Translations under genes and position numbers: made by a program
The notes under the pieces: generated by a model
The model's input: only the letters and a program-made list of their open reading frames with translations
The model's database searches: none
What the model was told of the DNA's origin: nothing
Assembly: GCA_024137785.1 (NCBI GenBank)
Contig: JAHRHZ010000278.1
Coordinates: forward strand, 1,016,848-1,080,847
Direction: 5' to 3'
Length of the DNA: 64,000 bases
Origin: Ginglymostoma cirratum
Lineage: Eukaryota
Shown: positions 1 to 12,920 of the stretch, piece by piece
Position numbering within the stretch: position 1 is the first letter of the stretch
Layout: every line of letters starts with the position of its first letter

Positions 1-840
1 GCTGTTCCCAGCACCTCAGGACATGCTCCATCCATGAACGTTTGCAATGTGTGCATCCCAGGCTCACTGCCCCCTTATGGCAGATCTCTGATCTACTTAC
101 AATCTGATTCTGCATTTGTGTGCTGCCCTCCAGAGCAGACCAACACCTTTCTCTGTAATGCTGCTGTATCAGCACTTTGTGGCAGGCACAGGAAATTAAC
201 TCATGGATTCAACCAAGGCACTGTCTTAGCGTCCTCTCACTTTGCATCGACTTAAATAGTTACTCTGCCTTACCTTGCATTGTCTTTTTGTATTTTGGCC
301 CCTTGGCCAGAATGTAAAGGCTCAGTGTTTCTGTCTTGCCTTGCTGCCTGGTGCAGACAGAAAGCTAGTAGCCTATCCTGGTTGTCAGCAGTGATCAGTC
401 AACATGTTGCTATACAGCACTTTGTTTCATCAGCCCCACACCCACACCATGTGCCAAACACACTGTAGCTGCTTCAACCAAGCAGCCATGTCCCAAAGTC
501 TAAGGATAATGGTCCTCAGTCAGGCCCAGGGATCCAGTCTTCAGTCTCTGCTCAGGAGAAAAAACAGGCAGCATCTGATAGCAGTCCAGGGGCTTGGGAC
601 GGTCAGGATCAAAGGGTTCACGTTACTACCATCCAGGCAGTAGGCCACAGTGAGTCCCACAGTTCCACTGCAACAAGTCAGGGGATTTGTGGTCCATTGG
701 TCAGGGAGTTACACAGATATTACTCAGAACTGTCTGTCTCTGTTTGTCGATTTGAGATGGACCACAGACAGTCCTCTGGGTCAGCTCTATGAAAATTAAG
801 AAGGGGTTATATCAGTGGAAAGGAAGTTGGGGTAGTCAGT

Positions 841-1120
841 AGAATCCCTACAGTGTGGAAACAGGCCATTCTGGCCCAGCGAGCCCCCAATACTCCTCCA
901 AAGGGCATCCCTACCTAAACCCACCCCTTACCCTGTAACCCTGCATTTGGCATGGCCAATCCACCCTAACCTGCACATCTTTGGACTGTGTGAGGAAACC
1001 GGAGCACCCGGAGGAAACCCACGCAGACACTGGGAGAACGTGCAAACTCCACACAGACAGTCGCCCGAGGTTCGGATCGAACCTGGGGCTGTGAGGCAGC
1101 AGTGCTAACCACTGAGCCAC
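841..1120 (-). mobile_element. HE1-type tRNA-derived V-SINE
   Basis: Reverse complement reads GTGGCTCAGTGGTTAGCACTGCTGCCTCACAG...TGTGTGGAGTTTGCACGTTCTCC...CACACTGTAGGGATTCT. Confidence 0.9.
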
Positions 1121-1190
1121 AGTACTGGGGATTGGAGGCAGCATTCTGGGATACAGAGGAGACAATAATTGTGAGAGCTGAGGGGGTACT

Positions 1191-1506
1191 GGGCGGCATG
1201 GTTGCTCAGTGGTTAGTACTGCAGCCTCTCAGCGCCAGGGACCTGGGTTCAATTCCAGCCTCAAGGTGACTGTCTGTGTGGAGTTTGCACATTCTCCCCG
1301 TGTCTGCGTGGGTTTCCCCTGGGTGTTCCGGTTTCCTCCCACAGTCCAAAGATGTGCAGGCTAGGTGGATTGGCCATGCTAAATTGCCCATAGTGTTCAG
1401 GTGTGTGTGGGTTATAGGGGGATGGGTCTGGGTGGGATGCTCCAAGGGTCAGTGTGGACTTGTTGGGCCGAAGGGCCTGTTTCCACACTGTAGGGATTCT
1501 AATTCT
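1191..1506 (+). mobile_element. HE1-type V-SINE, full length
   Basis: Pol III A box GCTCAGTGGT, B box GGTTCAATTCC, V-domain GTGTCTGCGTGGGTTTCC, LINE-like tail ending TAGGGATTCTAATTCT. Confidence 0.92.
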
Positions 1507-1611
1507 AATACAAGGAGACTATATTACATTGGAGGGAATGGATTACTGTCGGAAGTAGCCTCATTGGTAGTCACAGCCACACTGGCTTTGATGGAACAAA
1601 AGAGAGGTACA

Positions 1612-2015
1612 GCATAGGAACAGGCCCTTTGGCCCTACAAGCCTATGCTGATCATCATGCCCTGACTAAACTAAAAACCAAACCTTCTGCCCTTATTTGG
1701 TCCGTATCCCTCTATTCCCTCCCTATTCATGTAACCATCCAGATGCATCTAAAATGTTGCCAATGTGCCTGCTTCCACCACCTCCTCTGGTAGTGTATTC
1801 CAGGCTCCAATGACTCTGTGTGAAAAACATTCCACACACATCTCCCGTCAACTTTTTCCCTCTCACCTGGAACCTGTGTCCCCTTGTAATTGAAACTTCA
1901 ACCCTGGGATAGAGCCTCTGACCATCCACCCTACCATAATTTTTGTAGACCTCTATCAGGTCTCCTCTCAGCAGCTGTCTTTCCAGTGAAAACAATCCTA
2001 GTCTTTTTAACCTTT
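1612..2015 (-). mobile_element. CR1-clade LINE 3' fragment
   Basis: ORF 1723..1995 gives FSLERQLLRGDLIEVYK...TRGHRFQVRG, the CR1 ORF2 C-terminus, followed by a 3' UTR. Confidence 0.88.
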
Positions 2016-2189
2016 CCTCTTGGTAGGGGGCAGAGACACTGCAGTGTGATGGTTTGCTTGATTACGAGGTAGGGCTGGGATTTAAGGGGCAATGTTGAGG
2101 GATGAAGTCCTAGTTCCCAGAGGTGTGTGGGAACGTGTGAAAAGCTCAGTGCTGATGTGCTTATCGGGGAGTGCAAGGAAGGAAGGAAC

Positions 2190-2385
2190 GTGGAAGTTGA
2201 GCAGGTTAGACAGCATTCATGGAGAGAGAGCAAGCTAACACTTCGGGTCCAGATGAATCCTCTTCAGAGCCGTCTGGACTAGAAACATTAGCTTTCTTTC
2301 TCTCCATCGATGCTGTCGGACCATGTGTGATCTTGGGCATTTGTTGTTTTTCAGTGCAGATTCTAGGATCTGCAGTAATTTGTTT
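2190..2385. mobile_element. Degenerate palindromic Penelope-like mini-element
   Basis: GACAGCATTCATGGAGAGAGAGCAAGCTAACACTTC is mirrored by GAAACATTAGCTTTCTTTCTCTCCATCGATGCTGTC. Confidence 0.65.
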
Positions 2386-2832
2386 AGGTTTAGGTGGTGG
2401 GATGGGCCTTGATTACCAGGCTGATCCTGGGACTCACTGTGCCAAGTGTGACCTGAGTCGCCCTTCCATAATCACGTGAATGGCGAGTGCATTCTGGAAA
2501 CCACACCCAGAGTGGGTTGACAAGGTGTTTCTGTCTGAGCACAAGGGCCGAATGAGGCCTTTCAAGGATTAGTCAGGAACTTTCATTGTCCAGGTTGAAG
2601 ACGTCTGTAATCACAATATCTCATTAAGTGAAGCTCATACAGTGTCCAACTGGTTAGCATACAAACTCGAGTCACAGTCACCTTTGACCATTGCAGATTG
2701 AAGAGAATCATTTCTGTCAATTTGAATTAATCTCTGACAACCTTAAAAGTGGCATTTATTCATCAAACTCGACAAAGAAAACAAATAGAACAAGCAATGA
2801 AGAAGAATCAAATTGGGCTTTAAATGGTGACC

Positions 2833-2938
2833 CTGTTTCTGTTTCCACAGATGCTGCCGGACCTGCTGAGTTTCTCCAGCACATTGTGTGTTTTTTTAAT
2901 TATTTTAGATCTCCAACATCAGCTGTGTTTAATTTTTA
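2833..2938 (+). mobile_element. Penelope-like terminal fragment
   Basis: CCACAGATGCTGCCGGACCTGCTGAGTTTCTCCAGC, shared with the other copies (for example 31170-31205). Confidence 0.7.
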
Positions 2939-3956
2939 GTCTATTATAGGTTGACAGTCAGGATGGTAGACTGTGTGGCTTTGTCCCTAAATAACATTTC
3001 CAAATTTGCAATGAAATGTGTGCCATGAGAAATGTATCTCTTTGGTTCCCCCCTGCAACTGTGTGCATGGTGAAGGACAGCTCATGGCTGCCAGCACTTG
3101 ACTGGGTACACTGCTGCGATTTAAAGGTGGTGCTGGCCGTTCCAGGGTGGCATAGCTAATGAGGCAGGGAATAATGTGGAAAATATCACTAGGGCTCCAC
3201 CCCTCCACAAAACTCACCAAAATAGCACTTCCAATAAAATTCAGCCCACGTATTAAAATAATAGTGATAACGACATAATTTTGTGGATGTGAAGAATTGA
3301 GTAAAAGATTAGCAGGGACGCTGTTAGCACCCAGTTTGGCTCAAAGTGAGAGAGTGGCGCACCGGAGGTGTAGCCTGGTGCAGTCCCTGAGTTTGGGGCT
3401 GGGTGCCCCTGAGCACACAGTGTCCTTGCTGCAGTGTTACAATGAGATGTAGAAGTGTCCTGGTAGAGATCAGAGATGTGCCAGCAGTGTTCTTTGAGGC
3501 TGGCACATCAGTTACCAATGTGTGTGCGAGAGTGTGAGTGTGAGTGTGAGGTGCATTTGGCTGGTGTCCATGGAGTGTGCCCTGAGATGTTGATGCCCAA
3601 TGACCAGCATTGAGTTCCTTCTGTGCAGCCGGTGAATTGAAGTCGCCTGCAGGTACCCGCTGTGATTCTAACGTTGAGATTTCTAACATGGGTGGCTTTT
3701 TAGCACGTTTGGTAAAGTGTGAACTTCTATATTAGAGTGAGTTGGGCCGTTAATAAGGCACTTAACAAGCTAGTACACCCCATAATGAGCAACTTGCTGC
3801 TAGCTAGCAAGAAATTCGTCACCATGCACAGCCAATAAACACAACTTGCAGCAAGGTGCTCTTGACATCAAGATGGACTGCACCAGACTTTACATCTGAT
3901 TCTGCCACACACCTCGCTATGTTCCAATATCACTCAGATTATGTTATAAATAAGGA

Positions 3957-4300
3957 CGGCTCAGTGGTTAGCACTGCTGTCTCACAGCACCAAGACTAGG
4001 GTTTGATTCCACCGTTGGACGACAGTCTGTGTGGAGTTTGCATGTTCTCCCCACGTCTGTGTGGGATTCCTCTGGGTGCTCCAGCTCCTCCCACAGTCCA
4101 AAGCCGTGTACTCTAGGTGGATTGGCAGTGCTAAATTGCACCATAGTGTGCAGGGATGTGCAGGTTAGGTGGGTTAGCCATGGGAAATGTGGGGGCATGG
4201 GGATAGAGTGGGGAGTATCTGTGTGGGATGCTCTTCAAAAGGCCAGTGTGGACTTGATGGGCCTGCATCCATGCTGTAGGGAGCCTATGATTCTATTCTA
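3957..4300 (+). mobile_element. HE1-type V-SINE
   Basis: GGCTCAGTGGTTAGCACTGCTG head, V-domain, tail CTATGATTCTATTCTA. Confidence 0.9.
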
Positions 4301-7300
4301 AGATTTGACTCGTGATGCATCATTGCAGCAATTTTATCTAACCCTAGTAAGGCTGCTGTCTTTTACAGACTTCTAGTTGGAATCCCCTTAAAGCCTGTGA
4401 ATTAATTCACTAGGATCTTATGCTATATGTTGATTGTTCAATGGCTGCTAGAGGAGAACGCTAAAAACCTGAAGAGTCTGGAGTGGAACAACTGCAAATT
4501 TGCTCACGTATCAGTAGAAAATACATGGTAGTGGTCCGCGATTTTAAAAGAAAAGGGTCCTGTTGGACCACTTACAATTGCAGGTAGTAACATGCTGACT
4601 CATTTCTTGCCTTGTGACTGTTTGTTTCTTTAATAATGTTCTGCAGCCTCTAAACATGATGTGAATATCACATCAGCCTCTGCTTTTCTTTCCTTGCAAT
4701 CACCTCCTTCCGTCTCCAATTAATTTGTTGCCAACACTTTGTTATTGTCTTGCTGCTACCTCAGGTGAGGGTACTTCTATCAGACCTTCTCAAATTAGAT
4801 TGTGACATGTGCTGCATTTTTAAAAATGTTAGTCGCCTTCAAATGTTTAGTATTACCTCCCCTGTCTTATAAGACTAGTTTCAAGGTAAAAGGGATTGGG
4901 ATTGCAATTTCCCAGCTGTAATAGTGGCCTGGTTCAGTGGCTTCACTCAGTGAAAGTCATTCCGATGCATTCCCTATTTTTCCTTCCCAGACGCACAGCC
5001 AACATTATCATGACAGGACGGCAAGCATTAAATGACTCGTACAGTTGTTGTATTTAAAGGGCAACTATTAGCTTCCTAGGATTGCAATGGTCAGGAAAAG
5101 CTATCTGCGTGCTGAGGGAACTCTCTGCTTCACTGTATAAAATGCAGCTGAGCAAGGTCATGCTTTTTGAGGCTGTGAAGATTCCTCCAAGCTGAGCCAA
5201 ATGCGGCAGGTATAGATCACTGCAGTCCACCAGCCAGATATTGAGAAAGAAGGTGAAGAAAATGTTCTGAGTTGAAAAGCACCCAGATATGGTTCCAGGT
5301 GGCAACTTGAAGATCGGTCTGTGCTGTTCAGAGCCAAGCAGGGCATCCAGTTTGGTTCCATATCAGCAATGTGGGTGTAACTGATGAAGTGTGTAGGTCT
5401 CCCTTCCTGTGATATGACTTAAACCCCTAGGTGGGTTATGTAACTTTCAGACTTCCTGAAACTAGCAGCTCTGCTGCCCTTGCCAGCTCCGGCTCTTGGG
5501 TCTGTTTCAGTGAGTGATGGTTCAGAAGTTTTTTTCCTTCACGCAAACTGTTTCCCAACCCAGGCAATTATTTTCGCTGAAACTACTCCTTATCAGCTCC
5601 CTCCTCTATCACACCCACTATAGCTTCTGTCGAAAAGACCCAAAGAGAAAGTAAGAAATCAGAAAGGAGAATGATAGACAGATAGTGCAACTGAAAACTA
5701 ACTTATGCAGAAGGCTTGGGTCTTCTGGCCTGCTCCTCTCTGATGTCCCAGCCGAATATCTGGATCTCCTTGATCTCTGACCAGTCTTTGGCTATTCAAC
5801 TATTTACTCCCACTGCTGGGCTGCCCACTTCCTTTTCCTTGCTTTCCTTAGCATTCGGCTGGGAGTGAGGCAATTTACATAATAAAGAGCTTACGGTACT
5901 ATAAATACAAACTCAAATAAATACAGAGATCTCTACAGATCTACAAATACAGATTTATCTCTACAGAGATAAATTGCCCTTGCTCAACTTAGTGCTTGTA
6001 AAACCAGCTTTGGGTTCAGAGTGCTGAGGGAGATATTAGCTGTGAGGAGACACCAGAATGAGGGGAGAGCGGAAGGGTAGGAGTAACAGTGAGAGGAAGT
6101 GGAGAAGATAAAATGTAAAGGAAGGCCACAGTGGGTTGAGGGAGGATGGAAAGAAGAGATGGAAGCCAATGGAGATGATAACTGCATGAAGTGGAGTGAG
6201 CAATACAGGATGTAAGGTGGTGATGGGAAAGGGAAATGAACCACAGTGGAATGGGTGATTGAAAAAAGGGAGTCGAAGGAGGGGTGAGGATTGTCAAGCT
6301 CTGTAAATCCACCCCTCAGTTGTCGCCAGAAAATGCAACTTGTGCCTTTGACAGTTGCCTACTTTACCATTTCACCTTCTTTCTGAAAGGAAAAGAGAGA
6401 ATTCATCACATGAGGAGAAGGATGCTGAGAAACAACATGAAAACAACAGGCAAGAGAGAGAGATACAGTATTCAGCATGGGAAAGCTGGGAGAGATCCAC
6501 TAATAGTCTAATTATACTTACATTTATGTAGCACTTCTTTACACTGAAACATTTTGATCTTTGTTGCACCATTTATTACATTTTTGAAACGCAGTGTTTG
6601 TTACGTAGACCAAGAAATGTCCACAGAGCACAATGCCTCTTCGAAACCCACTTCAGTGTGCTGCTATCATTCTCATTCACTGTGTGCGCCTTCAAACCCA
6701 CATCTCAAAAACCCACTTGTGAACCAAGAACTGTCACTTGTCTTCAACTGAGCCAGCAGTTTCCATGCCAAGTCTTCTAATCTGGCAATATTTATAGGAA
6801 AAGATTAGTTTCTTTAATTATTTTTAGCTTGTGATTCTGCACAAAATAATCCCACATATATCTTTCCCTTCTTTAAGCTAACTAGGCTCCTATCTTTCCT
6901 GACTCCTCCCTTGACCATTTTATGTTTGAATCAGTAAATAACAAGGAGCTTTGCTGTTAACTGGACACCATCAGCGCTGCTGCCAATCTCCTAGACAAAC
7001 CATCATCATCGGCTTTCCTCATCCATGCTCTGACTTTCGCAAACCCAGGTGCCAGGGTCGTGTTTCTGGTTGCTGATATTCCGCTCTGTCTGCTAGGCAA
7101 CCTTGGCTCCATTCTGGGCAGAGATGTCTCTAGATTCTCATGATTTGAGTCAAATCTGAGTTTATTATGTCACAGAGTGCTATAGTCAATGCTGTCTCAG
7201 GTGTGAAGACAATCAGCATTAGGGAATAGGATGTCAGAAGCAGTACAGCAGGATGAATGGAATTTGGAATCTGTTGAGATCTGATGGCCAGGCAGTGATA

Positions 7301-9864
7301 ATGGTTGCTTGATTGATAGTGTCCTGTCAATCTGACAGATGCCCTGGTTTAATTTGGCAGCTGGTTTCTTGGCTGCCTTGTGGCACTGAGTCAGGCCCAG
7401 TGTGACTGTGGAAGAAGACTGCGTCATCAGTGACTTCACAGAAATGTTGCTTGTCATGTATGCTGTACAGGGTCTCAGCTCAGGCTGGACAAGGATGATC
7501 TCTTCAATTCTCACCAGTAACTAATGGCCTGATAATTGTGGATGCTGTCACTCACTCACGTTGTCTTCAAAGCCAGTGTTCTAAAAAACGGTTCCGATAG
7601 GTTTCTTGTGATGCTCTGAGTTTGTCACTTCAGTTTTTCCCACCGTTATTATCCCTAGCAGAAGATCTATTCCTAACAACATGATGCCTCATACCTCGAA
7701 CTTTACTTTTCAGACACAACCAGTAATTGTGCCACAGGGTGTAATTCAGAGTACATAAATTTCACACATGAAGCTTTATTAAAACCGTCGTCACAACAGT
7801 ATGTGGGCTTTTTCACTGACTGTTGGCCAATGTCTATGATGTTTCCTGTAAATGCTGCCTCAATACACAAGCACGAGAGAACTGAAGTTCTTTGTTCTGT
7901 CCCAGCTTGGAGTCAGTCCATTTTGTTCTGGGGATATATTCGCAAAATGCTTCCAAATGTTGTAAACTTCATCCAGGGCCTCCACATGGAATCGAATGCA
8001 TTCCGTGGGATGAGCAAAAATTATGTTGGTGTCTTTGCTGGTTCAGCTGACTGTCAAAAATGCAACTCCATGACTTCATTCATGCCCATAAACATTACTG
8101 ACAGGAATACATGTGGTTTGTGCTTTTTATCGTATACAGTTTCGTCTGAAAATGATCGGCTCCAAAGTAGCCAATAAACGTATTTGGGTGAATGTGACAG
8201 TTTTCTGGCTGAGTAGAGTTGAGTTTGTTGGGGAGATTTTCACTGCAAGGCTGATTGAGGTTTCTGGCCGAATTTGACCAAACTCACCACAAGAATTGCT
8301 GTTTCTGCCCCTCTTAATCCAGGAGGAGACAGCTCCAATAGGGCAGGAAGAGTCCAGTTGGATGGTGGGCTGCCCCTTATCTGGAGAGGATCCTGACTCT
8401 GACCACCCCGAGCAGACACTGCTTTTGGCTAACTGTGCCAGGATCTCCTCAGCAAAGGCTATCCCCCATTGACTTAACTGAGGCCTGACAACTATGTCAA
8501 GCTTCTTTCTGTTTGCATTCAGATGGCCAAATAGTATGAGCCTGGTAACTCTGGTTGTGGGGACGAAGCACTTAAAAAGCAAGACACAGTACAGCAGAGA
8601 TACTGTGAGCATCCAGGTAGGCTGTGGGTAAGGGAGCACCATGACAGTGAACAGAGAGCTCAGAGATGCACCTGGTCCTGTCTCTGACCATATGGAGTCC
8701 TTGCTGCAGCACTCGAGGTGCAGCATTGAACAGCAGAAGTATCTTACAAGTGGATTGGAGATGTGCCATGAGGTTTCCTACAACTTGGCACATGTCAGAT
8801 GCCAATACAGATGGATGTTGGGTACATGTAGCAGGTGGCCACGGGGTGGGCCCTGAGGTGTTGGGGCCCAGTGTCCAACATGAAGGCCATTCAGAGCTTG
8901 CACTGATCTCAACCTGCCAAGCACCCGCTGTGGTTTCCATGTGAGTCTTTCCCAATGTTTAGTCTGTTGGGTGAATTTGCTAAGAACTGCAACCGGAAAA
9001 TTAAGGTGGAAACTTGGGCAGTCAATGAGGACCTTTTTTAGTCACGGTTGATCGCCTGGAGAAAGAATCTCACCACAGCCCTGTGGAAAGCATAAAAGAT
9101 GGAGCAAGGTGATCTTAAGATGTGCCTTGGTTGGATTTCTTGTCACAGCCTATGTCACTCAGGCCCCTATAAGATTCCACTGAATGTCTTGCCTCTGTGC
9201 TTTAGATTAGCTGTGAGATGATGTTGAGCTAATCTGAAAATGGATTTTTTATTTGATATGTCTTTACTCATCACTGGTAATGGGGTTCTTTGTACTACTT
9301 TATCAGTTCCTATCACTGGGGAAAGACTTCAAGTCGCACTGCTATTAGACCTTTTTTCCAAGTTTCTTTTGACCAAATTACCTTCATTAAACACCGCTCA
9401 TTTCATATGGTAACTAGTAAATTATCCTCTATTCCCTACAAGCTAATAGGAAGTTGGGAAGGATTGGGAGATCCCAGAGGGGTGTAAAAAGTCAGGTCTG
9501 GCGAGGACAAAGAAGTTCTGCTGATCTTAATGGAATGTCCTCTTAAACCATTCCGTCCTGGCTCATGCTGGATTGACTGCCTGGTGGGTAGCTGGCAGTG
9601 GGATTTATAGGCAGGAGGCCACAGCTCGAATCCTGTAGCAATGGGCCCTGCCAATCAATCACCACGTGGGAGGAACCTCAAACTCGGACGGGGGGGCGCG
9701 GAAACGGGCCCCCGGGTCGCGGGGGGGGTCGTGGAGGTGAATGGGAAGGTGGTTGCGGGGATGGGGAAGTCTGCTGGAGGCTCAATTTGCCAGAAAAGTC
9801 AACAGATAATAAAAAATGAGATTGAGTGAGTGATTGGTGGGGGTGTCTGGTATAATGTTGAAAC

Positions 9865-10145
9865 TTTTTAAATTTCAAAAATGTACTTTATTAATAAAAA
9901 TGTCTTTCTATACATTGTCACTAAAGCAGTTCAGTCCTATTCATATGAATAAACAAACACTGGAGTCTGACTCTATCTAGCAAACAAACTAAAGGTCTGC
10001 CTTTCTTGTATAACACTATAGTTACATATATTTTGAGGCACCAGAAGTGTTTGATAACTGAATGGACCCCAATTTAACTTTGGCAGAAAGATTTTAAATA
10101 GTGGTCTTTCCCCACTGTGCCTTGGTGGCAGATGCCCCAAGCTGT
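9865..10145 (-). mobile_element. L1/Tx1-like LINE 3' end
   Basis: Minus strand encodes ...LGASATKAQWGKTT, resembling a Tx1-type ORF2 terminus, then an AT-rich 3' UTR with AATAAA. Confidence 0.55.
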
Positions 10146-10629
10146 TAGGATTTTGAAAATAACCTGGTTCTCAAGACACAGTCCTTGACACTTGCATGTT
10201 GAGTAGGCCCTGTCTGCTTATAGCAAGATCCTTGTACAGGGCCTGAACACTCAGCTTGAATACCAGGGCAGGTAGGAATATGGGTTGGCTTTTCTTATTT
10301 ATGAAAGTAATTTGACATTGGTTAGCGACTTTATTCTATATGTGCCTGTAAAATATCTCCTAGTGCTAGTGTCGTTCATGTCCTTCTAGAAATGAGGCCA
10401 TGTTTCCAATGAGAGAAGGTAATTGGTAGCTGCATGTCCTCAAGAATGAAGAAGTTTGCATTGTTCTGAGCAGCAGAAACACAAGTGAGAGCTCAAACTG
10501 AGAGAAAAGACAAAAATGGTTTGAAACTGATGACAAGTTCTTTTGTGCCCAGTCAAACTCAATGTCCTACTTGTTTCTTCAGATGTGAAAGTATTTGTTT
10601 TCCCTCTCAGCTGAATATAAAACATCACA

Positions 10630-10880
10630 TTGCACTATTTTGAAGAAGAGCAGGGGATTTTTTCTTTCCAGTATTTATCCCTCAATCAACATCACAAAAA
10701 AACCCCTGGATTATCTCATCAGCATCATATTGCCATTTGTGGGAGCTTACTGTGGGCAAATTGGATGCTGCACATCTTTCCTTATGATCATGATCTCACT
10801 TCTAAAATACTCTGTCAGCTGCAAAGTATTTTATGATTGCTGGTGGTCATGCAAAGTGCTTTATAAATACACTCCCCTTT
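10630..10880 (+). mobile_element. SacSINE1-like DeuSINE (3' half)
   Basis: GCACTATTTTGAAGAAGAGCAGGGG...TATTTATCCCTCAATCAACATCAC...TTTGTGGGAGCTTACTGTG...TATAAATAC. Confidence 0.75.
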
Positions 10881-12559
10881 TCTTGTTAGTTCATTTTGTG
10901 GCACAAATCTTAAGAAAATCATGCTAATCCCATACAACATGATGTGACACTTGGCTGAGGCGGAGTATTGTCACAAAATCAAAAGGCACACAGTATGCTT
11001 AAGTAAATATCTAAATCATACGACAGAAAATCTGATTGATGGGTTAGGTTAGTATTCCTCTCAATGAAACTAATCCCTTTGAGTTGATTGATGTGAATTT
11101 TCTAGTTACAATTTATTCCAATTCGCCAATTATTGCTTTTGCTTCAGAAAGAGTACAGGCGTCTCATGAACAGCATAACCTTTCAGATCAGATTATCAAA
11201 ACACCATCGAGACATGAAAGCTTATTTCTCTTGTTCTTTCCGTTTGCAACAGTACCTGGTGTTTTGAAAAGTAATTGGTTGTTTGAGGTGATGTAGTTAT
11301 GAAGCTGTCAAAATAGACTTGAGGGTCTGTATTCCGAAGAAGGAAGATGTTTTATATTCTGAGTTCCTCCAAGTTAGATGGGAATAGGTGTTCCATTTTA
11401 ATCTTGATGGGTGAGGCCAAACAGCTACAGTAAAAAATGATGTTTAAATTTCACGTGGTTTTTGGGAAGGGCTGAGTATTAATGATAATTCGATGTTGAC
11501 CAATGATTATATGGTCCTGAGTTTGTTTAATATCATCTCTGATCTCAGCCATGACAGCAGTGACATCTCTACAATGGGCCTTATTGTTTGGGCTGGGAAC
11601 GAAAAGTGTGCCTGATCCTGATTCCTGTCCAATCATGATGTGCACATACTCACTCAGCATCAGATCACAATGTTAGTATCAGACTGTGTTGTGATATCCT
11701 CCACAATTAAATAGCCAGCTGATAGTGCTTAGGCTTAGTCCTGTACCATGACATCACTTATCGTCAAGTCTATGACACTATTGAAGCCATGCCCAGTAAG
11801 TCAACTTTGGAAAGAGGGTAAATGCTCAGTGATACAAGAATGACTTTGGCTTAGGTTTTGCATTGAGAATAGGGAAGGATGACATCCATTACTACTTAAG
11901 CTGTGCATCAGGGGGAAACCTTTTGGTGCCTTTATGTGTGCAGTTAAACACTGAAATCTGGGAGTTGCTGTTCAAGTTACTCTTTTTCCAGATGCTCTGC
12001 TTTTTAGTGCCTTGGCATTGAATTTGGCAATAAAATTAACGAAAGTGCTCAGCCACTAAACAACAGGAAAGTTAAGGACATTCAGCTGTAATTGAATTTT
12101 TAACAGTGTATTAAGTTAAACTCACTGCCAAATAACCTTTTCCAGTCCTGAATTGTGTGAATTCTCATCTCTTTAGAATTTAATTACTTTGGAAATTTGG
12201 TTTAATATTTACTCGACCTTTCGGTCTCATCTCTGACTGTGTCTGTGTGCGTGTCTCTCTCTTTATCCCATTTGTCTCCCAATCATTATTTTACTTGCTG
12301 TACACAATTTTACAATGAATAAATAATTAAATCGTATTTCTATTTTCCCAATTTGTGGGTGTGTGGGCAGCTGCCAATGAGGAAGTACCATCTCATCGCC
12401 GTTGATCACACAATCCAAGTCAATATATATGTGACTTAAAAAAGAGAGTTGAGATTGAGACTGTCAAAAATGGTAAAAACAGTGAAATCTTCTAAAAGAA
12501 TAGAAAAGACAGTAGCTACAGCCATTAACACTTATTGGTTCTTCAGAGGATGTGACTGG

Positions 12560-12920
12560 GGAAGAAACAGAAATGGCAAAGACGTTGAAATTATTTGTTC
12601 AATCAGTCTTCATGATCACTAGTCCGTGGAGGGAGTGCTTCACAGGGTAGATGCTGAGAGAGGTGGAGAAATCTAAGGCTGGGCAGTAGTTTCAGAATCA
12701 GCAGTTGTCTATTTCGGACAGATATGAAAAGGAATTTAATTTCTCAGAGGATCGCAGATATTTAGAATCCTCTATCCTAGAGACATATGGAGGCTGAGTT
12801 ATTGAATTCATGACTGAGATAGAGTTTTGAAATCAGGGTTTATACGAACAGGCAGGGTAGTGGTGTTGAGGCTAAAATGAGTTGGAACATGATTTTATTG
12901 AATGAAAGGACAAGCTTTGG
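12560..12920 (+). mobile_element. Old, deleted CR1-clade LINE remnant
   Basis: Degenerate CR1 ORF2 end and 3' UTR (GAGGCTGAGTTATTGAAT...CATGATTTTATTGAATG). Confidence 0.6.

Noticed and set aside
1191-1265. tRNA-like A/B boxes here and at 3957, 14290, 25990, 45952 and 57790
   Set aside because: These are SINE heads continuing into SINE bodies, not tRNA genes.
5953-5974. Perfect 10 bp hairpin ATTTATCTCT-AC-AGAGATAAAT within a short stuttered tract
   Set aside because: Most likely a local repair or slippage scar; too short to imply function.
8127-8726. Longest ORF in the window (199 aa, minus strand)
   Set aside because: No recognisable domain or splice structure. It lies in a decayed repeat-like block and its length is plausible by chance.
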